Source of the DNA: a virus
Strand: one strand, 5' to 3'
IMG/VR virus record: IMGVR_UViG_3300030503_000315
Location: 13,211-77,210 of that record
DNA: 64,000 bases
Part shown: in pieces, positions 18,797-28,243 of the stretch
Layout: the number at the start of each line of letters is the position of its first letter
How positions within the stretch are numbered: the stretch's first letter is position 1
The notes under the pieces: model-generated
The model's database searches: none
What the model was told of the DNA's origin: nothing
Seen by the model: only the letters and a program-made list of their open reading frames with translations
Made by a program: the position numbers and the translations under genes

Positions 18797-20272
18797 TTAG
18801 AGAACGCGAAGTATTGGATTCCAACCATCTCGTGGTGTGTTAATCCTAACCACCATATCAGAACGATGGAACTCGCCATCTCCTGTTCCTTCGAAACCCA
18901 AATGCTTGAGAGTCGTTTCTACTGGATGTAACTCGCAAGTAAAACGAATCGATGCATCGAGGTTGCTGAACTGGGAACCCTTCAGGTACTTATCCATCTC
19001 GTAAAACAAAGCCCGGGCTAACGCTTTCTTGTTTGTCAGAGCTTCAACTTTCAACGACCCCATAGATGGCAGGGGTGGTGCTGCAAGATTAAATAGTCGT
19101 GGATCTGCATCGGCATTTACTTCCTCCTCAGCATCACACATTGCATCCAACTCCGCATCGTTATCCGTGGAAGAGTGGATATTCAGATAGCCGTGATCTC
19201 GAGGATCCTCGGTAATCATTCGATCACCAGTGGATCGTCCCGCGGGATCAAAGTCACCGTCGTATGTAAACTTTGACTCGATACCCAGCTTTGGTTTAGA
19301 TGCACCTTTCGGCTTCTCATATCCCTTGGTTGGTTTCTTTGTCGGAGGAACACCCATGTCGTGTGGAGTACGTGTCGGCCTGGTAGTTGAGATCGTGTGT
19401 GCGAGTCTTCGCATATTGGCGAAAGTCTCTTCACCTTCCTGGCCTCGCATGCCCAATGTACCTGCTGGTTCTGGTTCGTCCACAGTCGAATGTGCATCCA
19501 CTTCCGGGGCTGTGGTGTTCCTGTTCATATTGTTGTCTCTCGAGTATGAAGAGACAGTATCCGGGTCAAGCAACAATGGTATCGAATCTGCGAAGGCAGG
19601 ACTAGATCCTGAGGAACCAAAATTCTCAAAGTCGCGAGTGAGTGGATCACTTTCTGATGCAAGCCTATCTGCTTTGATAACTGAACCGTTATAGGGCAGT
19701 ACCTGAGAGTTAGGTTTCGGTGGTTCAACACCCTTGAACTCGAGGTTGATTTCTTCATCCCCTTCTGCCTGACCTATTCCACCCCAACTTGAGGATGCAA
19801 GAAGTCGCGCTAGAGATGCAGTAGAATCATAGAGCGTTTCATTCTTTGTGGATTCAGGACGACGGTCCCAATCCTTGATATTTGATTTGCCTGGCGCTGC
19901 GTACTGTTGACTTGTCGCTGGAAGGTCTGAACCATCCATTCCGTCAAGAGTGACCGCCGACATTGTTGGAGCAGGGGTATTACGCACTTCAGTCTGGGAC
20001 ATCGTTGAACCTGGACTAGTCGCTTCCTTATACTCTTCCGGTTCCGCTGTTGCCACTGACTCTTTCTGTTCTACGTGTTGCTCTTCATGTTGCTGGTGAT
20101 TCAGCTGGTGCTCATCCTTATGCCTATAGTCTTCCGCTGGCGCTATGATGTCCTCAGCCAATATCTCTTCTCCAGTATGATCTTCGTAAGAGGTAGTGGT
20201 TGAAGGTAAACTGGTTGTCTGCCGTGTACTAGAGAGTAACCTTTGCCATGCTTTCGTCTTCACTTCAATCAT
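18797..20272 (-). CDS. Largely disordered acidic protein, probable internal head/core protein
   Basis: Low complexity; N-terminal WQRLLSS and internal ARLLAS, RRLAH, EVDA, ELDA, EVNA, KVEA motifs. Confidence 0.55.
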   Translation of the reverse strand: MIEVKTKAWQRLLSSTRQTTSLPSTTTSYEDHTGEEILAEDIIAPAEDYRHKDEHQLNHQQHEEQHVEQKESVATAEPEEYKEATSPGSTMSQTEVRNTPAPTMSAVTLDGMDGSDLPATSQQYAAPGKSNIKDWDRRPESTKNETLYDSTASLARLLASSSWGGIGQAEGDEEINLEFKGVEPPKPNSQVLPYNGSVIKADRLASESDPLTRDFENFGSSGSSPAFADSIPLLLDPDTVSSYSRDNNMNRNTTAPEVDAHSTVDEPEPAGTLGMRGQEGEETFANMRRLAHTISTTRPTRTPHDMGVPPTKKPTKGYEKPKGASKPKLGIESKFTYDGDFDPAGRSTGDRMITEDPRDHGYLNIHSSTDNDAELDAMCDAEEEVNADADPRLFNLAAPPLPSMGSLKVEALTNKKALARALFYEMDKYLKGSQFSNLDASIRFTCELHPVETTLKHLGFEGTGDGEFHRSDMVVRINTPRDGWNPILRVL

Positions 20273-20280
20273 ATGAGATT

Positions 20281-20302
20281 GGGAGGTGATTTCTCACCTC
20301 CC
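20281..20302 (-). promoter_or_regulatory. GAAA-tetraloop hairpin between the SD and start codon of 18797..20272
   Basis: Perfect 9-bp stem GGGAGGTGA-GAAA-TCACCTCCC (sense strand). Confidence 0.65.
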
Positions 20303-20315
20303 CTCCTTACTACTT

Positions 20316-22271
20316 TTAGCCCGGGTTAACCTGAGAGAGGACTTCTGCGAAGCTAACACCTTGCTTGCTGATCACGACCTGCAGGTTGATAATATGAATT
20401 GGGATAACCGGGATGATTACCACAGTCACATTACGGATACCCGAGTTGAAATCCTGCGCACTGTTGTTCGAGTTATCTGAAACAACAGTGAACCCAGAAA
20501 TACCACGAGCATTCTGAACCGATTGCAGGTATGCGGTACAGGAGCCAACGATCTGCAAACCGGTGAAGGTATCGTTAGGTTCTTGCAGCGAATACAAGAG
20601 GAAGTTATACAGCGCGACTTTAATCACGTTCGTGATACGACGCACCGACAACCACGACAACGCGGAGAACTCTCCACTCAACGTCTGTTGTTCCCAAAGT
20701 GCGATACCTTGTCCAACAAATGTTTGCGTATAGTTCACCTGTGCATCGAACAGGTTGTCCATCTCGCCTTGGGTGTACGTATAACGCGTAGCCAACACAT
20801 TCACAATACCGCGGTTCAAACCTGCGATAGAGAATGACGGATTTGCAACTGCATCAGTGTGCGCACACAAGGCGGCAGCCCAACCAGAGAACGGAACATA
20901 CAACTGCTGACCATTGATCGTATCCGGCTCCAGCACATCCGGGCAAAACAGAGCCGAGTATGTAGAGTTAAGATTCAACTCGAGGTTACGATAATTGATT
21001 GCTTGTTGCGACTGTTGTTCAGACGAGGGTGTATCCAGAAGTGCAACGCAATCCCCACGCGACTGAACCATCGTATCCATAGCTTGCTGAATTGCCGGAT
21101 CAAAGTGGCCAGAGTTGATGGCGATGTTAATCGGATACAACTGTTTGTTCAAGAACGTCTGCCACGCATTAATGATATTTGCATCATCTGGCGCCGCGCC
21201 CGAATCACCACCAGCCATCGAAGTCGCTGCCACTGTAGTTACCGTGGTAGGAGGACTCAACAGATTAGGAATGTTCGAAGTAACCTGAACCGTCGCCGAG
21301 AACGGATTGATAGCCTGCATCAACTCTGTCTGCATGCCCGAAGACGATATGTTGTTTTCGAACGAACAGGTGTACGTCTCCGCCGGGTAGCTCAGGTTAT
21401 TCGTTGCGTTGTAAACTGCAACCGTGAAGAACGGTGAAGTCGTGACGTCTGCTGAGGAGGTGATCGGTTCTTGCGTAGGATTAGGTGAAGTCGAAGGTGT
21501 GATCGCGCCAGTGTCCGTGAAGGTCGTTGTGCCTGAACCAACTTGGGCTATGAGGAACACCTGAGACGAAGTACGGCCATACACATAATAACCTTGTGCA
21601 CCCGATACTGCATCCCAGTTCAACGTCACTGCATTCGTTACAGCAGAACCCGCTATAACGAGAGTCACGGGATTGGTTGCCAACGTTTCGCCAATCGAAT
21701 TGAACGCAGACACCTGATACTGATACGTCGCTGGAGCAAGTGTGCCACCAGTGGTCGTAGAAGTGATAGGAGTCGTCGTCCATGCCGGAGTTGTCAAAGT
21801 AGACGAGATAAGTGCAATCGAAAACTGATCACCGAAACTACCAGGACCTTGCAGCGGGTAGAACATTGCCAACGGCGTGTAGTTGCCCGTCGGTGTGATA
21901 GCTGCCCAGTTCGGTTCCGTAGGATCCGCCGAACCAGCATCGACAGGAGTCAGGTAAGTGAACGTCCCATCGGTATACATCAACACAGCAGAATACAACG
22001 CACCATCACCGACTGCACGAATTGCCCAAAGGTTGTTGCCTTCCTTAAAGTAATCGAGCGCGCAATACTGGTCAAAGGAAATCGTTGCGTTTGGATTACC
22101 ATAAGCATTCAGGTAATCATTCGGATCGGTGAAGTTCTGGGCAAAGATAGAGCCCTGAGCAGAAACAACAACCTGCGAGGCCACAGACGACGAAGTCGCC
22201 GCGATGACCTGAGACAGGTTAATTTCTGTCACGATAACTTTCGACCCTTGAAGTGGGGTTACACTACTCAT
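20316..22271 (-). CDS. Contractile tail sheath protein (gp18-like)
   Basis: 651 aa; YGNP..., YFKEGNNLWAIRAV, RGDC.ALLD, SIAGLNRG, LSVRR, EPND, FTVVSDNSNN. Confidence 0.92.
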   Translation of the reverse strand: MSSVTPLQGSKVIVTEINLSQVIAATSSSVASQVVVSAQGSIFAQNFTDPNDYLNAYGNPNATISFDQYCALDYFKEGNNLWAIRAVGDGALYSAVLMYTDGTFTYLTPVDAGSADPTEPNWAAITPTGNYTPLAMFYPLQGPGSFGDQFSIALISSTLTTPAWTTTPITSTTTGGTLAPATYQYQVSAFNSIGETLATNPVTLVIAGSAVTNAVTLNWDAVSGAQGYYVYGRTSSQVFLIAQVGSGTTTFTDTGAITPSTSPNPTQEPITSSADVTTSPFFTVAVYNATNNLSYPAETYTCSFENNISSSGMQTELMQAINPFSATVQVTSNIPNLLSPPTTVTTVAATSMAGGDSGAAPDDANIINAWQTFLNKQLYPINIAINSGHFDPAIQQAMDTMVQSRGDCVALLDTPSSEQQSQQAINYRNLELNLNSTYSALFCPDVLEPDTINGQQLYVPFSGWAAALCAHTDAVANPSFSIAGLNRGIVNVLATRYTYTQGEMDNLFDAQVNYTQTFVGQGIALWEQQTLSGEFSALSWLSVRRITNVIKVALYNFLLYSLQEPNDTFTGLQIVGSCTAYLQSVQNARGISGFTVVSDNSNNSAQDFNSGIRNVTVVIIPVIPIHIINLQVVISKQGVSFAEVLSQVNPG

Positions 22272-22272
22272 G

Positions 22273-22575
22273 TTAGACCTCCTTTACAGCAGCTGTTGAG
22301 GACGTAGCTGTAGCCTTAACCTCAACGGAGCCGCTGGCCGGTGCTGCCACCTTAGGTGACGAACTCACAGGGTTTTGTGCAACTGGTTTCTGAAGGTCGA
22401 ACACTCGAAGGTATTTCCCCTTCATTTCTTTCCAGTATGGATCAATCCTTGACCCTTCGGGAAGCGGCACTCCCTTGTTCTTAGGCATCAGTCGGAACGA
22501 TGCTTTCTTACCATCTGCTTTGATGATACGAACCTGCAGCGCAGTAGGACCGACATTGCGAACGAGTTGAGTCAT
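22273..22575 (-). CDS. Hypothetical late protein
   Basis: AGGAG SD; late motif at 22620. Confidence 0.6.
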   Translation of the reverse strand: MTQLVRNVGPTALQVRIIKADGKKASFRLMPKNKGVPLPEGSRIDPYWKEMKGKYLRVFDLQKPVAQNPVSSSPKVAAPASGSVEVKATATSSTAAVKEV

Positions 22576-22619
22576 TCTTAACTCCTATACGTTATATGTC
22601 AAACGTTAATCCTCATGGT

Positions 22620-22627
22620 ATAAAATT
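22620..22627 (-). promoter_or_regulatory. Putative late promoter AATTTTAT for the sheath operon
   Basis: Recurrent octamer in an intergenic gap. Confidence 0.55.
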
Positions 22628-22631
22628 TAGT

Positions 22632-23315
22632 CTATTCAAAAGTAAACGTTTGGGTAGACACAACTTTTCCACTGGTCAAGGAAACAACCTGTCCGTTAGC
22701 CAACTTGATGCCTTCAGTAAGATTGATCTTGTTAACCTTGCCTTGCGTACCTAGTGTGGGTTCTGAGGTGTAACCGTGGATCACGGCATGAAGTACCACG
22801 TCATACTTCGTCTCAGCCTCTCCGATATTCTCACGTTGTGGAAACGGTACTGATTCATCCAACGTAATCTGAATACCAAAATTCATTCTGCCGTAGTTGA
22901 TACTGAACTTCAGGTAACCGAATCTACGCGCCAATAGCCATCTACGTGCGAAGGCCATCACGGAACCTTGCTCAACTGAGTCCGACTTGTTGGTCACATA
23001 ATTGACCTCGATGTCGAAATTGGTAGGCATTATCCTGACAGTGTTGACACTTGAATTAGAAGCGACATTCAACACCATACCACGGCGACCTAACGGGTGC
23101 GGATTGTAGCTATCATTGTTTGCTGATACTGACTGGATAGTAAACCATGCATAAGGGTATGTTAAGTCTTCACCCTGTGCGAAGATACGATCCAGGATCT
23201 TTGTCTTGTCGTTCTGATTGATGAATGCACACTTGCAGTTGAAGACCTGTTGAAATCTCTCCTGAAACCCTGCGCGGACCATTTCATCAATAGGGATGAT
23301 CTTTGTCTGCGACAT
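22632..23315 (-). CDS. Putative tail completion/terminator protein
   Basis: Position between capsid and sheath genes; YPY, P.NF.IEVNY pattern; start set at MSQTK. Confidence 0.45.
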   Translation of the reverse strand: MSQTKIIPIDEMVRAGFQERFQQVFNCKCAFINQNDKTKILDRIFAQGEDLTYPYAWFTIQSVSANNDSYNPHPLGRRGMVLNVASNSSVNTVRIMPTNFDIEVNYVTNKSDSVEQGSVMAFARRWLLARRFGYLKFSINYGRMNFGIQITLDESVPFPQRENIGEAETKYDVVLHAVIHGYTSEPTLGTQGKVNKINLTEGIKLANGQVVSLTSGKVVSTQTFTFE

Positions 23316-23386
23316 ACAATGCCCCATAAGGAAAAAGCCCACGGCGGTTTACATGGACTTGAATTTATCCAAATAAATATGCTAGC

Positions 23387-23433
23387 AAACAAAAGGAAAG
23401 GCCTGGCGGCACTATCGCCACACAGGCCTTTTC
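23387..23433 (-). terminator. Intrinsic terminator after the capsid operon
   Basis: AAAGGCCTG/CAGGCCTTT stem with inner GGCG/CGCC, T-rich tail on the minus strand. Confidence 0.7.
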
Positions 23434-23464
23434 AGGATCAACTTCTAATGTAAATCTACTACAC

Positions 23465-23899
23465 TTACTTCTTCTTGGCAACAGCCTTGGGTTTGGTCAT
23501 CGAGGCCAGCAGACGTTCGAACTTTGCCGAAGCAGCCAGAGGACCTTCATCTTCTGTTTCTTCTTCACCAATTGCTTCGTCTTCGACTTCTTCAGGTTCG
23601 CCTTCCGGCTCACCACCTTCAGCTTCTTCTGCACCCAGATCATCGAGGTCACCGACCAGACCTTCCAGGTCTGCGTCTTCTGCTTCCTCAGCAGCCTTGA
23701 CTTTCATCTTAGCTTCGATCACTTTTGCTTGAGCTTGGTAACCAGCTTCACACGATGCTTCCAGAATACGAACTGCATGTGCGAACGACGGTTCCTTGGT
23801 TGCTTTGGTAAGCAGCTTTGCTGCCAACACTGGCTTACCCTGATGCAGCTTCACAGCTGCGGACAGGATAAAATCCAACGAGCGATTATAACGTTGCAT
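23465..23899 (-). CDS. Acidic prohead core/scaffold-related protein
   Basis: Shares EGEPEEVEDEA...EDEGP..ASA with the scaffold; KVKAA and ERLLAS motifs; AAGGAG SD before MQRYNR. Confidence 0.6.
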   Translation of the reverse strand: MQRYNRSLDFILSAAVKLHQGKPVLAAKLLTKATKEPSFAHAVRILEASCEAGYQAQAKVIEAKMKVKAAEEAEDADLEGLVGDLDDLGAEEAEGGEPEGEPEEVEDEAIGEEETEDEGPLAASAKFERLLASMTKPKAVAKKK

Positions 23900-23959
23900 A
23901 CTACTCTCCTTAGATTTCTGGGTGGTTGCTCCTTTTGAAACAACCACCACCTGCCGTCA

Positions 23960-25048
23960 TTAGACGCGGATGCCCTTCGAAACCGAAGTCGAGTTAGCCA
24001 CGGCCATAGCCAGCGACTCGTACAGGACCCAGCCACGACCAGGAACGCGTTCGACTGCGATATCGATCGGCTGCGACTGCAGGCCACCACGATCCGAGTA
24101 GGCGCCGTGGTTCAGAGCATCGGAGATCACAAACAGTTCACCTTGGTTCAGCACCTTGTGTTCCGGGAAGCGATAAGCATCCGAAGTAATCGTGCAACCA
24201 TACATAACGCCGAGCTCACCAGTCAACAGGAGTTCGTGACGTGCAACCGGGTCGATTGCCGTGTAGAATTCCGTGTTACCGACGATGTCTTGATAGATGT
24301 CGGTGGCGATGAGAACGTGCGGTGCCTTCAGACCCCAACGAGTCAAAGCAACTTGCAGTTGCATGAAGGTGTACGGGGTCAGTTGACCCGAGATGATTTG
24401 CAGCGGATTGTCCAGGCCAACCTGAGCATTCACCAGGTTATACCACAAACGGTCTTCCGTCACCATGATGGCTTCGGTAGCTTCCACATACTTCTCTTGC
24501 AGAACGTCGCCAGCGGACTGGTTCAGGTCATTCAGCGGAATATACGGACGCGAAACCAGTTGCAGTTCCGGCGGGGTCAACCATTTGTCCAGCGTGATTT
24601 GCGACTGGATTTGCGTCGGCGACGTCGAGTACGATGCCGTGACGTTCTTCAGACGAACCGGGAAGCGCGGAATCGAACCTTGCTCAACCGTAATCTTCGT
24701 CAGGTACTTACGTGCAAAACCTTGACGGTTACAGGTTTGGTACAGGCTGTCAGCCATACGTTCGCCGAGGACGCGATAAGCTTCCTTGTCGTTGAACGCT
24801 GCTTGAACCAGTTCTTTACGAACGTCTTGGAACTTCTCTGCCGATGCGAACACTTCATTCGCAACGATCTTGCCTTGCGAGGCAGCAGCAATAAACGCTG
24901 CCTGGCGACTAAACAGATCCTTCTTGCTCGACGCATTCAGTTCGCCATTACGGCCAACCATACGTTCACTCGAAGAACCATCTTTGTATTCGGTAGCTGC
25001 AACCATTGGCGTCTTGGAAGCGCGCACCTTAACCTTTTGACGGACCAT
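23960..25048 (-). CDS. Major capsid protein
   Basis: 362 aa; strong codon bias; HK97-fold-like features (R.GFARKYL, G.IPRF, EAIMV.ED, GELG.MYG.TI.SD); protease-scaffold-decoration-capsid gene order. Confidence 0.85.
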   Translation of the reverse strand: MVRQKVKVRASKTPMVAATEYKDGSSSERMVGRNGELNASSKKDLFSRQAAFIAAASQGKIVANEVFASAEKFQDVRKELVQAAFNDKEAYRVLGERMADSLYQTCNRQGFARKYLTKITVEQGSIPRFPVRLKNVTASYSTSPTQIQSQITLDKWLTPPELQLVSRPYIPLNDLNQSAGDVLQEKYVEATEAIMVTEDRLWYNLVNAQVGLDNPLQIISGQLTPYTFMQLQVALTRWGLKAPHVLIATDIYQDIVGNTEFYTAIDPVARHELLLTGELGVMYGCTITSDAYRFPEHKVLNQGELFVISDALNHGAYSDRGGLQSQPIDIAVERVPGRGWVLYESLAMAVANSTSVSKGIRV

Positions 25049-25087
25049 TTGAAAACTCCTTATTCTTTGCTAATGTCAGTGTTGGGC

Positions 25088-25840
25088 TTAGGCGTTAGCC
25101 GAGAACTCAACAGCCAGGAACGGGTAGTATTCATTCGGGGCTGCAACAACGAATCCCGGGAACAACGTACCAGCGAGTGCGGCACCGCCACCACCAACCG
25201 GAGTACCAAGGGTCAGTTGACCATTAGCGCCCAGGATGATTTGTGTTGCAGCGCCTGCCGAAGCAGCTGCCCAATTCTGCGAAGCGTCGAATTGGTCCGT
25301 GTAAACAACACCACGAGTGATAACACCGATTTGACCAACCAAAGCACCCGAGTAACCACCAGGTTGAACGTTACCAACAATCGAAACTTCCTGGATAATC
25401 GAAGTCGCGAACTTGTAGGTTGCCGTAACCGTGTCACCGGTCGTCAGACCCGTAACCGTGGTCGAGCCCGCGGTCGTTTGGGTTGCACCAGTCAGAGTAA
25501 CCGGAGTATTGGTCGTGTTGTCGAAAATGAACAACTGAACTTGTGCCGTACCAGAGCCGACCGGAACGAAGTTCAGGGAAATCTGACCCCCTGCAACCAC
25601 GTACGTTTCAACGCTATTGGTGTAGTTCTCTTGGAACGGGTAAGCCGAAGTACCAGCAAAAGCAAAGCCAGCAAATACATCGGTAGCGGTACCAGTCGAA
25701 GGCGAAACACCTGCAGACGTGACACCGGCGGTACGCACCAGAGCCATACCTTCTGCGAACGAAGGATACGGCACCTGCGGCGTGCTCAAAACAGCCATTT
25801 CGATCGAGTTAACGATGCGAGTCAGGGGACGAGAGATCAT
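25088..25840 (-). CDS. Head decoration / minor capsid protein
   Basis: Rich in T/A/G/V, directly upstream of the major capsid gene, same codon bias. Confidence 0.65.
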   Translation of the reverse strand: MISRPLTRIVNSIEMAVLSTPQVPYPSFAEGMALVRTAGVTSAGVSPSTGTATDVFAGFAFAGTSAYPFQENYTNSVETYVVAGGQISLNFVPVGSGTAQVQLFIFDNTTNTPVTLTGATQTTAGSTTVTGLTTGDTVTATYKFATSIIQEVSIVGNVQPGGYSGALVGQIGVITRGVVYTDQFDASQNWAAASAGAATQIILGANGQLTLGTPVGGGGAALAGTLFPGFVVAAPNEYYPFLAVEFSANA

Positions 25841-25919
25841 CTAAACTTCTCCTTAATTTCTTTCCTAAGAATCCTTATAGTGAGGTGAATCGTTCTTTAC
25901 GCGACTCACCCCGCTTACC

Positions 25920-25927
25920 ATCAAATT
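25920..25927 (-). promoter_or_regulatory. Putative late promoter AATTTGAT followed by a leader hairpin (about 25883-25910)
   Basis: Octamer plus GGTGAGTCG/CGATTCACC stem on the sense strand. Confidence 0.6.
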
Positions 25928-25939
25928 ACAAACCGTGAA

Positions 25940-27661
25940 TTACGAGCGCCATGTTCCACTGAGGATCGCTTGAGCCGTCGGCGAATACGTACCAGCATTC
26001 ACCTTGGTCTTACGTTGCGGACGCAGCGGATTCACCAAAGCAGCGTGAAGAGTTTCCGGAGCTTCATCTTCTTCCTCGAAGGTATCGACAAAATCACCGT
26101 CGTCGCCTTCGTCTTCCGAAACTTCCTCTTCCTGGAAGTCCGGCGAAGAAACATCACCAAACTCTTCGTCTTCTTCCAGTTCACCCGTGGTCATATCCAG
26201 TGCCGAAGCAAATGCATTACGCGTTTCTTCCGGCATGTTCACCAGCTTGTTAGCCAGAGTCAGGATCGACTTTGCATAGTCAATACCTTTCGAAGCAAAC
26301 ACACGGCGAACCAGACGACCTGCTTGACGTACACCAGCGGCTTCCAGTTCTTCTTCCAAAGCTGCACGCAACTCATTGCGTGTATCCTTGAAATACTGAC
26401 GGTTGATACCAACAGCAGCGATAGCCAGGCATTGACCAAGGGCTTCGTTGGAGTTAGCCTGATTACGACGAACTGCAGCAGTAACCTGTTTAGCTTTGGC
26501 AGCAACACGGCGATTCAGGACTTCATTACGCGAGACGTTAACCTTCGCCATAACGAAACCTTGCTTGCCCAAGCCTGCACGCAAACCATGCTTTGACATC
26601 TCTGCCATCGTTGCGTCCTGGAATTCATCCGACAAATACTCATCGGCGACACCAGCTTTGGTAGCAACTTTCTTACCCATGTAGGCGATAATGCGGTTGC
26701 CCTTAATGACCTGAAGAGTCAGCCCATTAGAAGCAAAAGCGCAGTTGTCACCTTCGTCATCTGCACCATCAACATCAACCACATCCATCTCATCAGCTGA
26801 TGCCAATGCGGGACCTTCGTCTTCAAGTGCTTCGTCTTCCACTTCTTCCGGTTCGCCTTCTTCATGCTCCTCGTCTTCAGCGTGGTCGAATTCAGTGAAA
26901 TCAGCATCCACTTCGTCATGCTCATCGGTAACATCCAGCAACGATTGTTGCGGAGTTTGACCGGCAGGCTCTTCAAGTGCATCTGCATCCACTTCTTCAT
27001 CCTCGTCCTCGAACTCCGGATCTTCTGCATCCAGCTCTTCGAGTTCACCAACGGTTAGATAACCATCAGTAGGATCTTCGTCGTCACCATTCGGGAAATG
27101 GGTAGTTGCCTGCGAACCATCTTCGCCTGCATCGATTTCCACTTCTTCGTCGTGTTCCGGATCTTCGCGTTCAGCCTTGACCTTCTTCTTGGCCACAGCC
27201 TTAGCTTTGGTACCAGTACCCGAGTTCACGTCACCAGACTTGAATGTAGCATTCGGATCTTCACCGCTAAGATCCTGCGTATATTCAGCAGCACCGAATT
27301 CATCCGGAGCGGCAGTAAGACGACTAGCTGAACCACCAGAAGCCTTAGCCAACAGAGCTTCAATCTTCTTCGAAGCCTGTGTAGTAGCTTTGGTTTTCGG
27401 ACGAGGTTCTGCAGCAGCGGTAGTCGGGTTGTTACCCTTCGACTTATCATCCGGCTTCTTCGCTTCGTTGCGGAAGTGAGTGTTGCCGTAGTTTTCGTCA
27501 TCCGGATCAATCAGAATGTCATTCCATTCCTGCTGGTTCTTAACCGATTGGCCAGATTCCTCAACAGGCTTCGTGGTATCATTTTCGAAGTGCGTCGTTG
27601 CCTGCGGGAAATCCTTGCTTTCCGCAGCCAGCACACGTTTCTTCTTCGTGTTGATCGCCAT
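25940..27661 (-). CDS. Prohead scaffolding/core protein
   Basis: 573 aa, very acidic, with a helical C-terminal part; between protease and capsid genes; many [VIL]xA sites. Confidence 0.7.
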   Translation of the reverse strand: MAINTKKKRVLAAESKDFPQATTHFENDTTKPVEESGQSVKNQQEWNDILIDPDDENYGNTHFRNEAKKPDDKSKGNNPTTAAAEPRPKTKATTQASKKIEALLAKASGGSASRLTAAPDEFGAAEYTQDLSGEDPNATFKSGDVNSGTGTKAKAVAKKKVKAEREDPEHDEEVEIDAGEDGSQATTHFPNGDDEDPTDGYLTVGELEELDAEDPEFEDEDEEVDADALEEPAGQTPQQSLLDVTDEHDEVDADFTEFDHAEDEEHEEGEPEEVEDEALEDEGPALASADEMDVVDVDGADDEGDNCAFASNGLTLQVIKGNRIIAYMGKKVATKAGVADEYLSDEFQDATMAEMSKHGLRAGLGKQGFVMAKVNVSRNEVLNRRVAAKAKQVTAAVRRNQANSNEALGQCLAIAAVGINRQYFKDTRNELRAALEEELEAAGVRQAGRLVRRVFASKGIDYAKSILTLANKLVNMPEETRNAFASALDMTTGELEEDEEFGDVSSPDFQEEEVSEDEGDDGDFVDTFEEEDEAPETLHAALVNPLRPQRKTKVNAGTYSPTAQAILSGTWRS

Positions 27662-27730
27662 TTATGCGCTCCTTGTAGGTTGTGAAAGCTAGAATGGAGT
27701 GGTGGCGCCACCGTTCAATTCTTGCTTACT

Positions 27731-27738
27731 ATCAAATT
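27731..27738 (-). promoter_or_regulatory. Putative late promoter AATTTGAT
   Basis: Context GTAATTTGATAGTAAGC is nearly identical to the 25920 site (GTAATTTGATGGTAAGC). Confidence 0.65.
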
Positions 27739-27780
27739 ACGGGTTGAGCAACCTTGGAATTTTGGACGGGATCTGAGCAA

Positions 27781-27816
27781 GAAAAACCCCACCGCGTCCG
27801 AAAACATGGTGGGGTT
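27781..27816 (-). terminator. Intrinsic terminator
   Basis: AACCCCACC/GGTGGGGTT stem, TTCG loop, T-tract on the minus strand. Confidence 0.8.
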
Positions 27817-27828
27817 CTTAAACTTCAA

Positions 27829-28239
27829 TCAACGCTCTGCTACTACTCGCGACAACTTAGATAGAACCGATAGTTCCGTCTTACTACTGGAGTGCTTACT
27901 GCGCGCCCAGAAGTGCAGGCCTTGCAGAAGTTCCCCTGCACCCCTGCACGGCTTCGAGGTGTAGTCGATATCCTCTCCGGCAAATTCAAAGCTCATGGCA
28001 TCCGTGGAAGGGTTATACATAATGGAGAACAGCACGTGATCTCCACCGCCACGGGAGTTCTTCTCGTCGAATTCCCAGTATACATCTTCCAACCCATCGT
28101 GTTTCTCTGACTTGTAACTATTGCCGAGCACTGTCGTCAGAGATTTCATTACCAGGTCCAATTCCTTCTTCGACTTTGGTGATGCCGCTCTCACTTGTTC
28201 TGAGGCTTTCAACCTCGCTGTTGAATTTATCTTAAACAT
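27829..28239 (-). CDS. Tagged putative internal head protein (family A)
   Basis: N-terminus MFKINSTARLKASEQVRAA. Confidence 0.65.
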   Translation of the reverse strand: MFKINSTARLKASEQVRAASPKSKKELDLVMKSLTTVLGNSYKSEKHDGLEDVYWEFDEKNSRGGGDHVLFSIMYNPSTDAMSFEFAGEDIDYTSKPCRGAGELLQGLHFWARSKHSSSKTELSVLSKLSRVVAER

Positions 28240-28243
28240 AGGA

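Noticed and set aside
21543..22307. Long antisense ORFs over the sheath (254 aa) and similar ones over the scaffold, neck and Topo IB genes
   Set aside because: Fully antisense to well-supported genes, with atypical composition
24107..25888. 593-aa plus-strand ORF overlapping the capsid and decoration genes
   Set aside because: Antisense shadow of strongly codon-biased genes; no SD or recognisable motif
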